From the NCBI GenBank assembly GCA_047285535.1, contig JBJBDC010000001.1, positions 1,536,136 to 1,600,135 of the forward strand: a DNA stretch of 64,000 bases, written 5' to 3'. The first letter of the stretch is position 1, and each line of letters opens with the position of its first letter. The stretch is from Synechococcus sp. Lineage in GTDB: Bacteria > Cyanobacteriota > Cyanobacteriia > PCC-6307 > Cyanobiaceae. The translations under genes were made by a program, and so were the position numbers. Of the stretch, positions 50,444 to 60,131 are shown in pieces. The notes under the pieces are model-generated. The model saw nothing but the letters and a program-made list of their open reading frames with translations. It had not been told where the DNA came from and did not search any database.

Positions 50444-51691
50444 ATGGCCAGCATCGAACCCAGCAAGTTAGATCGCTGGCGACGCAGCTTTGGCAACGAT
50501 GCGGAACTCGATGAGGTGTTCATCGTTCTAAGCGTCGGAGCAGGACTCATCGCAACCCTTGGGTTGCTAGCCAACAGCCCGGCAGTGGTGATCGGAGCCA
50601 TGGTTGTAGCGCCTTGGATCATGCCCTTGCGAGCCGCTGCTTTTGCTGTACTGCTTGGCGATATCCCTCTGCTTACCCGTTCCTTGCGAACGTTAATGTT
50701 CGGCGTCTTTGCCACCACAGCACTGTCTATTTTGCTGGGAAAACTGGCAGGCTTGCCCCAGTTTGGAACGGAAGTCAATGCCCGCACAGCTCCCAATCTT
50801 CTTGATTTAGGGATTGCGCTTGTTGCCGGAGGCCTTGCCACATACGCCAAACTTCGCAGTGACGCTGTGAGCTCACTCGCAGGGACCGCCATCGCGGTTG
50901 CCCTGGTTCCACCCATCTGCGTGATGGGACTGCTTTTATCTCACTCGGAATGGGAGCAGGCCATTAACGCAGCCCTGCTGTTTGCAACCAATCTTCTTGG
51001 GATTTTGACAGGCGGATTAGTGCTCATGGCCTGCAAAGATCCCTATTTTCGTGAGCAGCTAAAACGAAGCCAATTAGGCGCGGCTAACTTTGTGCTCACC
51101 GGCTTATTACTCATCCCATTAGGAAGCAGTTTTATCAATCTTCTTAGCCAAGCCAGGCAAGCCAGTACGCGAGATTTGATCGCACAGACCATCGAACAAT
51201 TTCTTACACGTGAAACATTAACTTTTGGAGATCAAAAGAAAGTCGAAGTCGAGAGAGTGGACATCGACTGGAATACAAATCCACCGATCGTTAGAGTGAT
51301 CGTGCGTGTTGCCGACCCAGCACGTCCCACATTCAAACAAGTTTCAGCGGTTCAAGAAGAAATCAACAAGCGGCAAAATATCCGGTTTCGACTTGTCGTT
51401 CAACGCAATGCAGTGGATATTGCAGGACCACAAGAGGAACCCAACACCAAGACTCCTCACACTCAGCAACTGATCGATTCAAGCATTCAGCCTGGCGAGG
51501 GAACCACATCAATCAACGACCTAAAACCTCTCAAAGGAATATCTCCTTTCGAAGGCCTGCCCTTTCTCAAGGACAAACAATCATTCACAAAAGAAAATTC
51601 AATCGACCTCCAATCCACGCCTGAGTTTGACGCCTTTCCCCAAGAGGAGCCAGGCCTTTCAAGCTCATCCAAATCCGATTCTCTGCAATGA
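50444..51691 (+). CDS. DUF389 domain membrane protein
   Basis: IATLGLLANSPAVVIGAMVVAP, RTAPNLLDL.IAL, GTAIAVALVPP. Confidence 0.88.
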   Translation: MASIEPSKLDRWRRSFGNDAELDEVFIVLSVGAGLIATLGLLANSPAVVIGAMVVAPWIMPLRAAAFAVLLGDIPLLTRSLRTLMFGVFATTALSILLGKLAGLPQFGTEVNARTAPNLLDLGIALVAGGLATYAKLRSDAVSSLAGTAIAVALVPPICVMGLLLSHSEWEQAINAALLFATNLLGILTGGLVLMACKDPYFREQLKRSQLGAANFVLTGLLLIPLGSSFINLLSQARQASTRDLIAQTIEQFLTRETLTFGDQKKVEVERVDIDWNTNPPIVRVIVRVADPARPTFKQVSAVQEEINKRQNIRFRLVVQRNAVDIAGPQEEPNTKTPHTQQLIDSSIQPGEGTTSINDLKPLKGISPFEGLPFLKDKQSFTKENSIDLQSTPEFDAFPQEEPGLSSSSKSDSLQ

Positions 51692-52220
51692 CTTGGGCAA
51701 AGCGAAGACCATCAAATCAACACACGCGCATGGAGTAATTACTGGACGATGTTAAAGCTTGACTCCTCGAATCCATCACAATCCAAAGGCAACATAGCCT
51801 CAACAAGTAGCTTCCTAGAGAGATCGCGAAATGCATCAGTTGCAAGCCAAGCAGAGAAGCAGGCCAAGTGAGTATGGCCCGGGAGAAATTCAAATCCAGT
51901 ACGCCAGAATACAAGCGCGTTAGCATCAGCTCCATGAATAAAAAGCAAGGCTATTAAAGAATAAAAATAGGCACACAGAGTTAACCTAATCGTCATTTTT
52001 GATCGCGCAGCGATCCTTCTTTGATACCAACGAGTTTATATTCCCCAGAATGAGTGAGTGATATCTAATTCAGTGGATCTAACCCTTTACTGCATTCCAG
52101 ATCAACTGATTGAAGGTTCTTGGAGAGCGACAGGTGTTGAATGATCAGAAACAAGGCCAAGAGGGAAAGAGTGAGCATTGCACTCGTGCATCACCGTCAT
52201 GCCGAACCCTGCAGAGTTGA

Positions 52221-52532
52221 GCACATTCAGCCCTCAGCCCAGGTACTCAAGATTCGGTTCTGACCGCCAAGAATGGACTGGTTGAAGTCGAAACTGTTCA
52301 GATTTCGGCTGTTACTGAAACAGACGTAGTGGAAGATCAAGCCACCGAAGTAACCACGTCAGGCCACGATGAGGTCGATTGAGATACCCAACCCACGGAA
52401 TTGAAACCATTGAGTAGCTCCAGAGCGCTACTGCATGGCGATCGCCATGCGAGCGGAACAGAGAATCCTGCAAGAAGACAGTTACGGCAGGGCCTAGTAG
52501 CCCAACGCAAGAAGCGCAAAGGAAGCTCCTGA
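52221..52532 (+). pseudogene. Possible decayed gene with an internal stop at 52380-52382
   Basis: One protein-like frame (acidic segment, then LLHGDRHASGTENPARRQLRQGLVAQRKKRKG) broken by TGA, with no in-frame start. Confidence 0.3.
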
Positions 52533-52633
52533 AACCTCATCATCCTTAAAGAAAAAGGCCACTTCTCCGCCCTTGCCGTCTTATGCCTTCAGAAAGGCTT
52601 AAGATTCTCTGTGAACACTCTTTGGTGATCAAT

Positions 52634-52774
52634 GTGGTTTTGATTCGATGGCTTCAGGCAGGGCGTCGTCTAGAGGAAACCGTTCCCGTCGCGATGGCTC
52701 GCCACAGAAGAAACGAGCTTGAAGCTCAAGGAGCAGTCGTTTACTGGAGTGAACGATTAGCCAATGCCTTCTAG
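52634..52774 (+). CDS. Small conserved hypothetical protein
   Basis: VLIRWLQAGRRLEETVP..ARHRRNELEAQGA.VYWSERL; GTG start at 52634 preferred. Confidence 0.65.
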   Translation: MVLIRWLQAGRRLEETVPVAMARHRRNELEAQGAVVYWSERLANAF

Positions 52775-52805
52775 GGATCCAAACTGGATTGGTTGCACAA
52801 GAACC

Positions 52806-53159
52806 ATGACGATTGGCCTTAGAGCATGCTTCCTCAGAAGCGAGGTCATGACTGTTGCGGTAACCAGTGCAGCTGCTCTAGTTCTGAGCGCATGCGGCAG
52901 CAAAACAGTTCCAATCAATAGTCAGGATCAAAACAAAGCCATCAATCGCTTGGAACTTCGGATCGAACAGCTAGAACGCCAGGTCGATGAACAGCTTCCT
53001 CCCCCCTCAGACAACAGCGACAAGGTACCTGCCGGTCCTGTGAGTTCCATCACATTGAGAACCGGAACCGCTGATGACCGGCTCAGAATTTATTGGGCAG
53101 ATGGGACACGCAGTGATCTTCCTTGCACGAAGGAACAGAACACATGGGCTTGTGGATAA
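52806..53159 (+). CDS. Hypothetical lipoprotein
   Basis: Lipobox LSAC, coiled-coil segment, C-terminal DLPCTKEQ.TWACG with a Cys pair; start uncertain. Confidence 0.7.
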   Translation: MTIGLRACFLRSEVMTVAVTSAAALVLSACGSKTVPINSQDQNKAINRLELRIEQLERQVDEQLPPPSDNSDKVPAGPVSSITLRTGTADDRLRIYWADGTRSDLPCTKEQNTWACG

Positions 53160-53248
53160 AAAGACTCCCCAGAGGCCAGTCACAACCATTCACACCTATC
53201 AGCTGATCCTTTCATGGAAGAACTGATTCATCGCGCCAAGATTGCTCC

Positions 53249-53629
53249 ATGAATCAACTTCAAACCGTTTTGGCCCTAACCAGCAGCATGCTGCTTTTGG
53301 CGCCAAACCTTGCCATGGCCCAGTTCAGCAAATCATTACCCCTGGCCCAGCCGAAAGCAGCCAACCTGGCGCGCATGCGCGCTGAACGATTGAATGGAGG
53401 ATTAAGCAAGTATCGAGCGGCAAGCTGTATGTACGAAACAGGAGCAGCCTCCTGCCTTGAGTCCATTAGCGACAAGGGGTTCCAATTTCGATTTCAAGGA
53501 GGTACTCCAGGGTGGCAGCAACAAGATCCACCCAAGCCTTCCCTCGAAACGTCAGTGCTTGTCTCCAGAGACGGAGACAGGATCGTTGAAGTTACTTACA
53601 ATGAACCGATACGTGAAGGGCAAAATTAG
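53249..53629 (+). CDS. Secreted conserved hypothetical protein (paralog A)
   Basis: Signal peptide (AMA); ANLARM.AE.LNGGL..YR...CMY.....C......GF.F.F.GG.PGW. Confidence 0.8.
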   Translation: MNQLQTVLALTSSMLLLAPNLAMAQFSKSLPLAQPKAANLARMRAERLNGGLSKYRAASCMYETGAASCLESISDKGFQFRFQGGTPGWQQQDPPKPSLETSVLVSRDGDRIVEVTYNEPIREGQN

Positions 53630-53681
53630 TTGACAGATCACGAGTGCGTGATTCCGATGTAAATGCAATGCACTTTTAAGC

Positions 53682-54050
53682 ATGAAGCTCCGCACTCTGT
53701 CGGCGATGGCCGTCGTCACTGCTGCAAGCGTGATGGCCGCCACCTCGGGACTCGCGCAAGCCACAATCCCAGCACGTCAAGTGCGGGCTATCAATTTGGC
53801 CCGAAATACGGCTGTCGCTGAAAATGGAGGTCTAACCGTCTACCGCCCTCAGCCATGCATGTTTCAAACAAGTGAGGGAGGTGGGGATTGCCTCATCAAG
53901 AATGACAGCACTGGATACACCTTTCAGTTCTTAGGAGGGATCCCAGGCTGGCCCGAAAACGGTAGCGACCCCACCACAGAAACGGAAATCCAGATCGCTC
54001 CTGATGGCAGATCCGTCACGAACATCATCTACAACGGATCACCCCGCTGA
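53682..54050 (+). CDS. Secreted conserved hypothetical protein (paralog B)
   Basis: Signal peptide (GLA); INLARN.A..ENGGL..YR...CMF......C......GY.F.F.GG.PGW. Confidence 0.8.
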   Translation: MKLRTLSAMAVVTAASVMAATSGLAQATIPARQVRAINLARNTAVAENGGLTVYRPQPCMFQTSEGGGDCLIKNDSTGYTFQFLGGIPGWPENGSDPTTETEIQIAPDGRSVTNIIYNGSPR

Positions 54051-54977
54051 TAACTGCATCTCCAGCGCCTCTGTCCATTCAACCGACAGAGGCCAGCATT
54101 CTCTCAACGTGAGGCTCAAGGCGATTGCTTTCTCCGCATAAGCCGCTTCGTTAATAAAAATGGGAACATTGCCATCCTCTCCCTCATAGGCAAGGCAAGT
54201 GCCATCTGCCTTTTCAAACAGAGGGTCTCCACAACGCAAAGGCCTCCAATCCGAACCCTGAAAGTGGGGATGAAACAGGGCATCTGGTGCGCCAGATGCA
54301 GACCGTGGTAGATCAAGGCTTCCCAGATGTCGATGAACCACCAGTTGTTGGGGGTAATGGGCTCGATCGGCCAGCACATCAGCGCAAGCCTCGAATACGC
54401 CCTCAAGCGCCAGGCGGGTTTGCGTGGTGATCCGGTGGCTGAGCACCATCTGTGGGACTGGCCCAACTTCAATCACCAGGCCACAGGGCCAACTCTCAAC
54501 AAGAAATCCATGCTGGGCCTGATCTGCTTCATGGAGATAGACCGGTAAGCCGAGTCGTCCTTGCACCAGTGCCGCCAATGCCAAATCAGCGGGTCGACGG
54601 CCATAGACCACCAACGAATTTCCCATCGCAGCCGTTGTGCTGTGCAGGTCAATTACCAAACGACAGGCCTCAATCCCATCCGGCCCATATCGATTGACCA
54701 AGTCGAAGGCACGCCGAACCTCCCGATCAACACCTGAGGATGGGATTTGGGCAGATCCAGCCTGTTCAAGAAGATCAGGCTGGAAAGAGCGATTGAGATC
54801 TCGGTCGAGATAGCGACAACCCTGAGCAAAAGCATCGGGATTACCAATCAAAGTGAGAGCCTTGCACCCATAGGTCTGAATCAATTGAGGATGCTGCTGC
54901 CATTGTTCCAACAGCCATGGCCCATTGATCTCATTCCCGTGAGTGCCAGCCACCACAAGCAATCGGGGGCTTGCCAT
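54039..54977 (-). CDS. Aspartoacylase
   Basis: [35 protein letters not shown]. Confidence 0.92.
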   Translation of the reverse strand: MASPRLLVVAGTHGNEINGPWLLEQWQQHPQLIQTYGCKALTLIGNPDAFAQGCRYLDRDLNRSFQPDLLEQAGSAQIPSSGVDREVRRAFDLVNRYGPDGIEACRLVIDLHSTTAAMGNSLVVYGRRPADLALAALVQGRLGLPVYLHEADQAQHGFLVESWPCGLVIEVGPVPQMVLSHRITTQTRLALEGVFEACADVLADRAHYPQQLVVHRHLGSLDLPRSASGAPDALFHPHFQGSDWRPLRCGDPLFEKADGTCLAYEGEDGNVPIFINEAAYAEKAIALSLTLRECWPLSVEWTEALEMQLSAG

Positions 54978-55032
54978 CAAATCTCATCAACCATGAACAA
55001 TCTGATGGAAAATAAGTGCAAATGGGGCAACG

Positions 55033-56025
55033 ATGGCAATCCATCCACTAATCGTGCGCGGCGCCCGTGAGGGGTGGCGCTGGCAATGGCTCCGTTTGAT
55101 GGGAGGTCTAGGCCCCGCTGATGCCAAGGGGCACTATCGACGTCCAAACAGCACACCGATGGAGACCCATGTTCTTCATGAAGACGAGCTTGAGAAGCGA
55201 GACAGCAGCAGGAAGCCCCATTTGATCGTTGGCCGAAGTTGCCCTTGGGCCCATCGCGTTTGGTTGGTTTTCCAACTGAGGGGACTCAACTCAAGTATCA
55301 ACCTGAGGATCGCCAATGCAGACCACAACGAAGGTCGTTGGCGTCTTAAGCCCACATGGCTGGGCTGCGACACCCTCCTGGATCTGTACAAGCTGTGTGC
55401 AGCGCCTCCAAGCTATCGGGCCACAGTGCCGGTGCTTGTTGATCCTGGAGCAACAACATCAGATCAACCTCGATTGCTGGGAAATGACAGCACTCCCCTG
55501 AGCGAAGCACTTTGTCTATGGCCAACATCAGGAACAGCCATCAATCTGGCTCCAAATGAATTACGACCTGCCATTCAGCAATGGCAAGAACGCATCCAAC
55601 CGTCCATCAACGACGGTGTCTATCGATGTGGATTTGCACGCAACCAACAGGCTTTTAACCAAGCCAGCCAAGACCTGTTCTCTGCGTTGGATGACGTTGA
55701 GGCAAGTTTGCGAAACCAAGGGCCGTGGCTCTGCGGCCAGCAATTAACGCTGGCCGATGTGCGTCTGTTCCCAACCCTGATCCGTTGGGAAACGGTGTAT
55801 GCCTCTCTGTTCAACTGCTCTGAACGACCATTATGGATGTTTCCAGCACTCTGGGAATGGCGACAACGCTTTTTTGCTCTTCCTGGCGTCAGTGAAAGTT
55901 GTGACAGCAAAGCTTGGAAGCAGGATTATTTCGGAGCACTCTTTCCCCTCAACCCAAGCGGAATCGTTCCAGATGGACCTGATCTAAGCAAACTGATCGG
56001 GGTGACGCCGACATCAAAGCTATGA
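55033..56025 (+). CDS. Glutathione S-transferase, glutathionyl-hydroquinone reductase (Xi/omega-like) type
   Basis: CPWAHR, ATVPVL, INDGVYRCGFA, LTLADVRLFPTLIR. Confidence 0.88.
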   Translation: MAIHPLIVRGAREGWRWQWLRLMGGLGPADAKGHYRRPNSTPMETHVLHEDELEKRDSSRKPHLIVGRSCPWAHRVWLVFQLRGLNSSINLRIANADHNEGRWRLKPTWLGCDTLLDLYKLCAAPPSYRATVPVLVDPGATTSDQPRLLGNDSTPLSEALCLWPTSGTAINLAPNELRPAIQQWQERIQPSINDGVYRCGFARNQQAFNQASQDLFSALDDVEASLRNQGPWLCGQQLTLADVRLFPTLIRWETVYASLFNCSERPLWMFPALWEWRQRFFALPGVSESCDSKAWKQDYFGALFPLNPSGIVPDGPDLSKLIGVTPTSKL

Positions 56026-56684
56026 CAACAAACTTCAACGCAAGACAGGACCAGGCAGAACCAAGCTTTGAGGGAATGTATGGCCCTTATTGCATCACCC
56101 TGCAGGATCAGCGAGAGGTTCAGCTCTACAGAATCTGCTTGCTGATCTGCGGTCTGAGCTTCAGTGCAGGACTCGGACAATGGATCCTCGTCGGTCCACA
56201 GCTGGCGCCCCTATGGCTCTTACCCCTTGCCGCATCACTAGGCCTGGCCTTGCGTTGGATTCATATCTATCTGCGCCCTCTCCATCAAGCCCTTCAGCTG
56301 TTCTGGGCAGCAGGTTGCCTGGGGTGGCTGCTGTTAGCCATCCAAGCCGGTCCAGCCGACATCTTGAACGCACTCGAGAGCCAACGCCTGTGGATCCTGG
56401 CGATTGGTCCCCTCTTTGCCGCCCTTGCTGGTATCGGCTTCAAGGAATTCTTCTGCTTCCAACGACCAGAAGCAATCGGACTCACCCTGCTCCTTCCTCT
56501 CGCACTCCTGGGGTATTGGAGTGGACTGATTGCAGGAACAGTCTCGATCGGCATGATGGCGATGTCTTCTGTTCTTCTCGTGGTTCTTGCGTTGCGAAAA
56601 TTCGGCATGGAGGCCGCTGCTGACGTCGGAGATAAATCCGTTTTTGCTTACTTAGAAGATCAGCGTCAAGCCAAGAGCACGTGA
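56022..56684 (+). CDS. DUF2301 integral membrane protein
   Basis: IHIYL.PLH, GP.FAAL.GIGFKEFFCF.R.E, DVGDKSVF. Confidence 0.85.
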   Translation: MTTNFNARQDQAEPSFEGMYGPYCITLQDQREVQLYRICLLICGLSFSAGLGQWILVGPQLAPLWLLPLAASLGLALRWIHIYLRPLHQALQLFWAAGCLGWLLLAIQAGPADILNALESQRLWILAIGPLFAALAGIGFKEFFCFQRPEAIGLTLLLPLALLGYWSGLIAGTVSIGMMAMSSVLLVVLALRKFGMEAAADVGDKSVFAYLEDQRQAKST

Positions 56685-58600
56685 GCCTGATCAGTCTCAT
56701 TAAGGCTTCCAAAGACTTCGGCATCCGCACGTTGTTCTCAGACCTGACCCTTCACATCCGTGAGGGTGATCGTCTGGGGCTGATTGGTCCTAATGGTTCT
56801 GGGAAGTCAACTTTACTGAAAGTTCTTTCAGGAGCGGAACCGCTTGGGGAAGGAGAGCGGCGCTGCTCGCCACGATTGCGGGTCGGGCTCGTAGGCCAAG
56901 AGAGCACTGTGGACCCCGGCCTCACCGTCTTGGAACAGGTGCTCGCGGGCTGCGGAGAAAAAAGAGACCTGCTACTGCGTTTCAGCGAACTCAGCAAGGC
57001 CGTTGCAGAGAATCCGGACGACCCCGCGCTACTGGCAGAGCTTGGTGTCCTCAGTCAAAGAATGGACGAATCCGAAGCATGGAGTCTCGAACAACAGTGT
57101 CAGGAAGTTCTGCAACGCCTTGGGATCACTGATCTTCACAGCCCTGTTGAAGCACTTTCTGGTGGATATCGCAAACGGGTTGGTCTCGCATCAGCTCTTG
57201 TCGCTTGTCCGGATGTGCTGCTGCTGGATGAACCCACCAACCACTTAGATGCAACAGCAGTGGAGTGGTTGCAAAGCTGGTTGGATCGATACCCCGGTGC
57301 GGTGGTCCTCGTGACTCACGACCGCTATGTACTGGATCGAGTGACCCGCAGAATCGTTGAAGTTGAACTGGGAGAAGCGCGGAGTATTGAGGGTAATTAC
57401 AGCGCTTATTTGCAGCGAAAAGCCGAACAAAATCTCGCGGATGCCGCTGCTGCCGCCAAATTTAAAAGCGTGCTCAGGCGTGAATTGGCTTGGTTACGGC
57501 AAGGACCAAAAGCACGCAGCACCAAACAAAAGGCACGCCTGCAACGGATCGACGAGATGCGGACAGCACCCACAAAACAAAGCCGCGGCCAGCTGGAGAT
57601 GGCCAGTGTGAGTCGTCGCATTGGGAAAGTCGCGATCGAGGCGGAGCATCTCTCCGTCTCGGCTGATGGCAACAAAGACGGGCCGTTTTTGCTTGCAGAC
57701 TTCAGTTACAGCTTCAGCCCAGAGGATCGTGTGGGAATTATTGGTCCCAACGGCAGTGGCAAATCAACCCTGCTTGACCTCATCGCAGGGCGACGTCAAC
57801 CAACCTCCGGATCCCTGCAGGTCGGAGAGACCGTGCATCTCGGATATCTCGACCAACACAGCGATGTCCTTAGCGATGGGAAGGGGTTGGAGCGCAAAGT
57901 GATCGATTTTGTCGAGGAAGCAGCCTCAACCATCAACCTTGGCCATGAGCAGCTGAGTGCCTCACAACTCCTGGAACGATTTCTCTTTCCACCAGCACAA
58001 CAGCACAGTCCCCTTAGCAAGCTCTCCGGAGGAGAACGACGGCGCCTCAGCCTTTGCCGCATGTTGATCCAGGCACCCAATGTGTTGCTGCTCGACGAGC
58101 CCACCAACGACTTGGACGTAAAAACCCTGAGTGTCCTCGAAGACCTGCTCGAGGACTTTCGTGGCTGTGTGGTCGTCGTGTCGCACGATCGCTATTTCCT
58201 AGACCGCACTATCGACCGTCTGTTCTGCTTTGAAAACGGACGTTTGCAGAGATTTGAAGGGAACTACAGCGAATTTCTTGATCACCGTCGTGATCTGGAG
58301 AGAGCCCAAAACGAAGCGCTGTCAGCTCAGGACACCGTTCAAAACTCCACGAAATCAGCTTCCAAAAGAGGGCCAAGTCAAGATAACAAGCCAAAACGGC
58401 GCAGTTTTAAAGAATCCAAGGAGCTGGAGCGCCTCGACAAGGATCTTCCCGCGCTTGAGGAGAGAAAACAGGAGCTGGAACAGGCCATTGCTTGCGGTAG
58501 AGGAGATCTCAGCTCTCTAAGCTTGGAACTCGCAGCATTATTGGACTCTCTTCATGCCAGTGAGGAGCGCTGGCTAGAACTCAGCGAACTCGAGCCATAG
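56681..58600 (+). CDS. ABC-F family ATPase (Uup-like)
   Basis: Two NBDs (GPNGSGKST x2, LSGG, LDEPTN), E..WLRQGPKAR.TKQKAR linker, C-terminal ERW.EL coiled coil, no TM domain. Confidence 0.92.
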   Translation: MSLISLIKASKDFGIRTLFSDLTLHIREGDRLGLIGPNGSGKSTLLKVLSGAEPLGEGERRCSPRLRVGLVGQESTVDPGLTVLEQVLAGCGEKRDLLLRFSELSKAVAENPDDPALLAELGVLSQRMDESEAWSLEQQCQEVLQRLGITDLHSPVEALSGGYRKRVGLASALVACPDVLLLDEPTNHLDATAVEWLQSWLDRYPGAVVLVTHDRYVLDRVTRRIVEVELGEARSIEGNYSAYLQRKAEQNLADAAAAAKFKSVLRRELAWLRQGPKARSTKQKARLQRIDEMRTAPTKQSRGQLEMASVSRRIGKVAIEAEHLSVSADGNKDGPFLLADFSYSFSPEDRVGIIGPNGSGKSTLLDLIAGRRQPTSGSLQVGETVHLGYLDQHSDVLSDGKGLERKVIDFVEEAASTINLGHEQLSASQLLERFLFPPAQQHSPLSKLSGGERRRLSLCRMLIQAPNVLLLDEPTNDLDVKTLSVLEDLLEDFRGCVVVVSHDRYFLDRTIDRLFCFENGRLQRFEGNYSEFLDHRRDLERAQNEALSAQDTVQNSTKSASKRGPSQDNKPKRRSFKESKELERLDKDLPALEERKQELEQAIACGRGDLSSLSLELAALLDSLHASEERWLELSELEP

Positions 58601-58786
58601 GACCTTGAGCCCGTAGATGCTTCACATCGCCTGCGGTCAGCTCTGTACTCCAAAACAAGACCATGCCGATTCAGGATGGAGAAAGGTGTTGTTACGGAAA
58701 CTATTTCGCCTACAGGATCCGTGGCTCTACAGCAAACCAGTCGTAAAATAACTCCATCACAGCTGGCTTCACGAGCCGCCGATTCC

Positions 58787-59005
58787 ATGAAATCTATCGA
58801 CGAGCACATCAAGAAAGACCAGTCTGAACTTGAAACTGCTCGTGCCTCAGGTGATGAAGCCAAAGTCCGCCATCTGACTCAAGAACTGCATTCTCTTGAG
58901 GAATACAAGGAGCACAACCCTGAGGACCAGCACGATCCCACCTCTCTCGAGCTTTATTGCGATGCCAATCCAGAGGCCGACGAGTGCCGCGTCTACGACG
59001 ATTAA
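58787..59005 (+). CDS. cp12: CP12 protein (marine type)
   Basis: MKSIDEHI...HDPTSLELYCDANPEADECRVYDD. Confidence 0.9.
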   Translation: MKSIDEHIKKDQSELETARASGDEAKVRHLTQELHSLEEYKEHNPEDQHDPTSLELYCDANPEADECRVYDD

Positions 59006-59034
59006 ACCCAAGGGAAACTCTTGGTGATGAACCG

Positions 59035-59059
59035 GCCTGCCCACAAGGCAGGTTTTTTT
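59035..59059 (+). terminator. Rho-independent terminator after cp12
   Basis: CCTGCC-CACAA-GGCAGG followed by T7. Confidence 0.8.
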
Positions 59060-59087
59060 ATGCCGTTTCAATCCGGCGCAGCCAGCC

Positions 59088-60077
59088 CTAAAGCCCCAAT
59101 TCGTTCCAGACCCGATCCAACATCTGATTCAGTCCGAGACTCATCGCTGCTGAGATCAGCAGAGGTTTCCTGCCACTGGCCTCAAAGAGCGCTGCTGCCA
59201 AAGCATCCTGATGCTCTTCACCAATAAGCTCTTGCTTGTTGATCACAAGAAGTCTTGGACGCTCCAGCAGCCCGTGTCCGTAAGCCGCTAGCTCTTTCTC
59301 AACGATGCTGAGATCCAACAATGGATCCTCAGCTCCACCATCAATGAGGTGAATCAGCAGCCTGGTGCGCTCAATATGGCGAAGGAAATCGTGGCCTAGA
59401 CCAGCACCTTGCGCAGCACCAGCAATCAAACCAGGAATATCAGCAAAAACAGTGCCGTCGCCTGTCGGACGGCGTACCACACCAAGATTGGGGATCAGTG
59501 TCGTAAAGGGATAGTCGGCGATTTTAGGTCGAGCTGCAGAAAGCACGCTGATCAGGGTGCTCTTCCCTGCATTCGGAAGCCCAATAATCCCCACCTCAGC
59601 TAACAGCTTGAGCTCCAGCTGCAACATCCACTCTTCACCATCACGACCTTCCGTACATTTTTCGGGAGCGCGGTTTCGATTGCTGAGATAATGGGCATTA
59701 CCCAATCCTCCCCGCCCCCCAAACGCCACGGTGAGGCGGTCACCATGGGAGGTGAGATCGCCGAACATAATCCCTGTGCTTAGGTGGCGAACCTCAGTCC
59801 CACAGGGGACTTTGATCACCAATGGTGGTCCAGAAGCCCCCGTGCAGCGATTGGGACCTCCCCTTCGTCCATCGATCGCGGCGAAAAGCCGTTTGTACTT
59901 GAAATCCAACAGGGTTTGTAGGTTGGCATCTGCCTCCAACACCACATCAGCGCCCTGCCCTCCATCACCACCAGAGGGCCCACCCGCCGGGACATATTTC
60001 TCTCGACGGAAGGCCACGATGCCATCGCCGCCACGGCCACCCCGCACGGCAATACGCGCTTGGTCGATGAACTGCAC
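59088..60077 (-). CDS. obgE: GTPase Obg/CgtA
   Basis: [38 protein letters not shown]. Confidence 0.97.
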   Translation of the reverse strand: MQFIDQARIAVRGGRGGDGIVAFRREKYVPAGGPSGGDGGQGADVVLEADANLQTLLDFKYKRLFAAIDGRRGGPNRCTGASGPPLVIKVPCGTEVRHLSTGIMFGDLTSHGDRLTVAFGGRGGLGNAHYLSNRNRAPEKCTEGRDGEEWMLQLELKLLAEVGIIGLPNAGKSTLISVLSAARPKIADYPFTTLIPNLGVVRRPTGDGTVFADIPGLIAGAAQGAGLGHDFLRHIERTRLLIHLIDGGAEDPLLDLSIVEKELAAYGHGLLERPRLLVINKQELIGEEHQDALAAALFEASGRKPLLISAAMSLGLNQMLDRVWNELGL

Positions 60078-60131
60078 GGCAAGCCTCAGTTGCGGCCAAT
60101 TGCCAACCCTAGGATCGAAGAGTCCGCAGAG

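Larger units (their letters stand above)
46859..54050. mobile_element. Hypervariable genomic island-like region downstream of tRNA-Thr (no integrase seen)
   Basis: Abrupt drop in coding density, AT-rich stretches, hli duplicates, short hypotheticals and gene relics; right boundary approximate. Confidence 0.5.

Noticed and set aside
51452..51462. ACTCCTCACAC, identical to the conserved Yfr1 sRNA core motif
   Set aside because: It lies inside the DUF389 coding frame and lacks the two flanking hairpins and terminator of Yfr1; probably chance
51717..51996. Two overlapping minus-strand ORFs (72 and 85 aa)
   Set aside because: No recognisable family or RBS; they could be relics but cannot be supported
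46859..54050. Prophage or integrative element at tRNA-Thr
   Set aside because: No integrase, phage structural gene, transposase or duplicated att sequence was found by eye
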